64,000 nucleotides of DNA from the human T2T-CHM13v2.0 reference genome, Homo sapiens: the NCBI RefSeq assembly GCF_009914755.1, contig NC_060929.1. The stretch is one strand, 5' to 3'. The notes below the pieces were generated by a model. It had not been told where the DNA came from. It saw nothing but the letters and a program-made list of their open reading frames with translations, and did no database searches. Made by a program: the position numbers and the translations under genes. Of the stretch, positions 63,140 to 64,000 are shown in pieces (positions within the stretch are counted from its first letter, which is position 1; each line of letters begins with the position of its first letter).

Positions 63140-63545
63140 CTGTTCTCCATATGGTAGCAGCCTATAACTCTAACATTTATGATCTAACATTTATGAACTT
63201 TGTGGTCTCTTAATACCTCAGTATCTTTTGTGTCTCTATGTCTTTGTACTTCCTTTTCCCTAAATCTGGGAAACTTCTCTCTGGTCTTCTGCATGGTTGG
63301 CTCCAGTCTATTTTTCAGGATACAACGCAAGCATTGCTGCCTCTCTGTATACCAAGCCCCATCTTTAGGACTGAGTTAGGGATTCTAGTCTGCTCCTTAT
63401 GCTTACTTGTCACCCTGTGTTATAACTGCTGGCAGTCTTGTCCTTCCTCCTGATGTGAGCTCAATGATAATGCTACATTGATTGATTAAATCACACATTG
63501 AAGATATAATAGACATGCAAAAAAAATTGTTGAGTGAGTGAAACA
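63140..63545 (+). mobile_element. L2 3' fragment
   Basis: Pyrimidine-rich body; tgtgagctc; ttgttgagtgagtgaa tail. Confidence 0.55.
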
Positions 63546-63741
63546 AAATAGTGTTTGATTACTTTTGTGTAGAGAATTATAGATTTTAAAAATAATATTT
63601 TGAATAGCATTTTAAATTTTAATTAATAAGTAAGTTTCATGGTACTTAGTTTTCTCTTATATGTACCTTTTCAGCCATACTCTTTCTAGGAATCTTGCGT
63701 ACTTGTCAGTGAGCATGTATCTCAGTTTTTAAGAAAGTCAG

Positions 63742-64000
<259 letters not shown>

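Overview
Repeat-rich, AT-rich, CpG-depleted human non-coding DNA; the species call rests on a full-length AluYa5 at 41611-41925. I find no supportable protein-coding exon, RNA gene, CpG island or CRISPR array. The ORFs I could assign are Alu, L1, LTR or DNA-transposon read-throughs; the rest look like chance ORFs. The window holds 20 Alu/FLAM insertions (one nested), a 2.1-kb L1PA15/16-like 3' fragment, old L1M pieces, many L2/MIR relics, solo LTRs (ERV1-type, MER11D-like ERVK, MaLR, MLT2, LTR33-like) and DNA transposons (MER1B, MER3, MER20, Tigger2a, and a Tigger12/13-like element with readable transposase motifs). Alus and LTRs lie mostly on the minus strand, suggesting an intron of a plus-strand transcription unit. 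I see no new biological system. The best leads are the young AluYa5, the intact MER11D-like LTR, the Tigger fossil, two repeat-free candidate enhancer blocks and a few local structural oddities. Subfamily names come from recalled consensus sequences and need RepeatMasker/Dfam confirmation; boundaries of old repeats are approximate.
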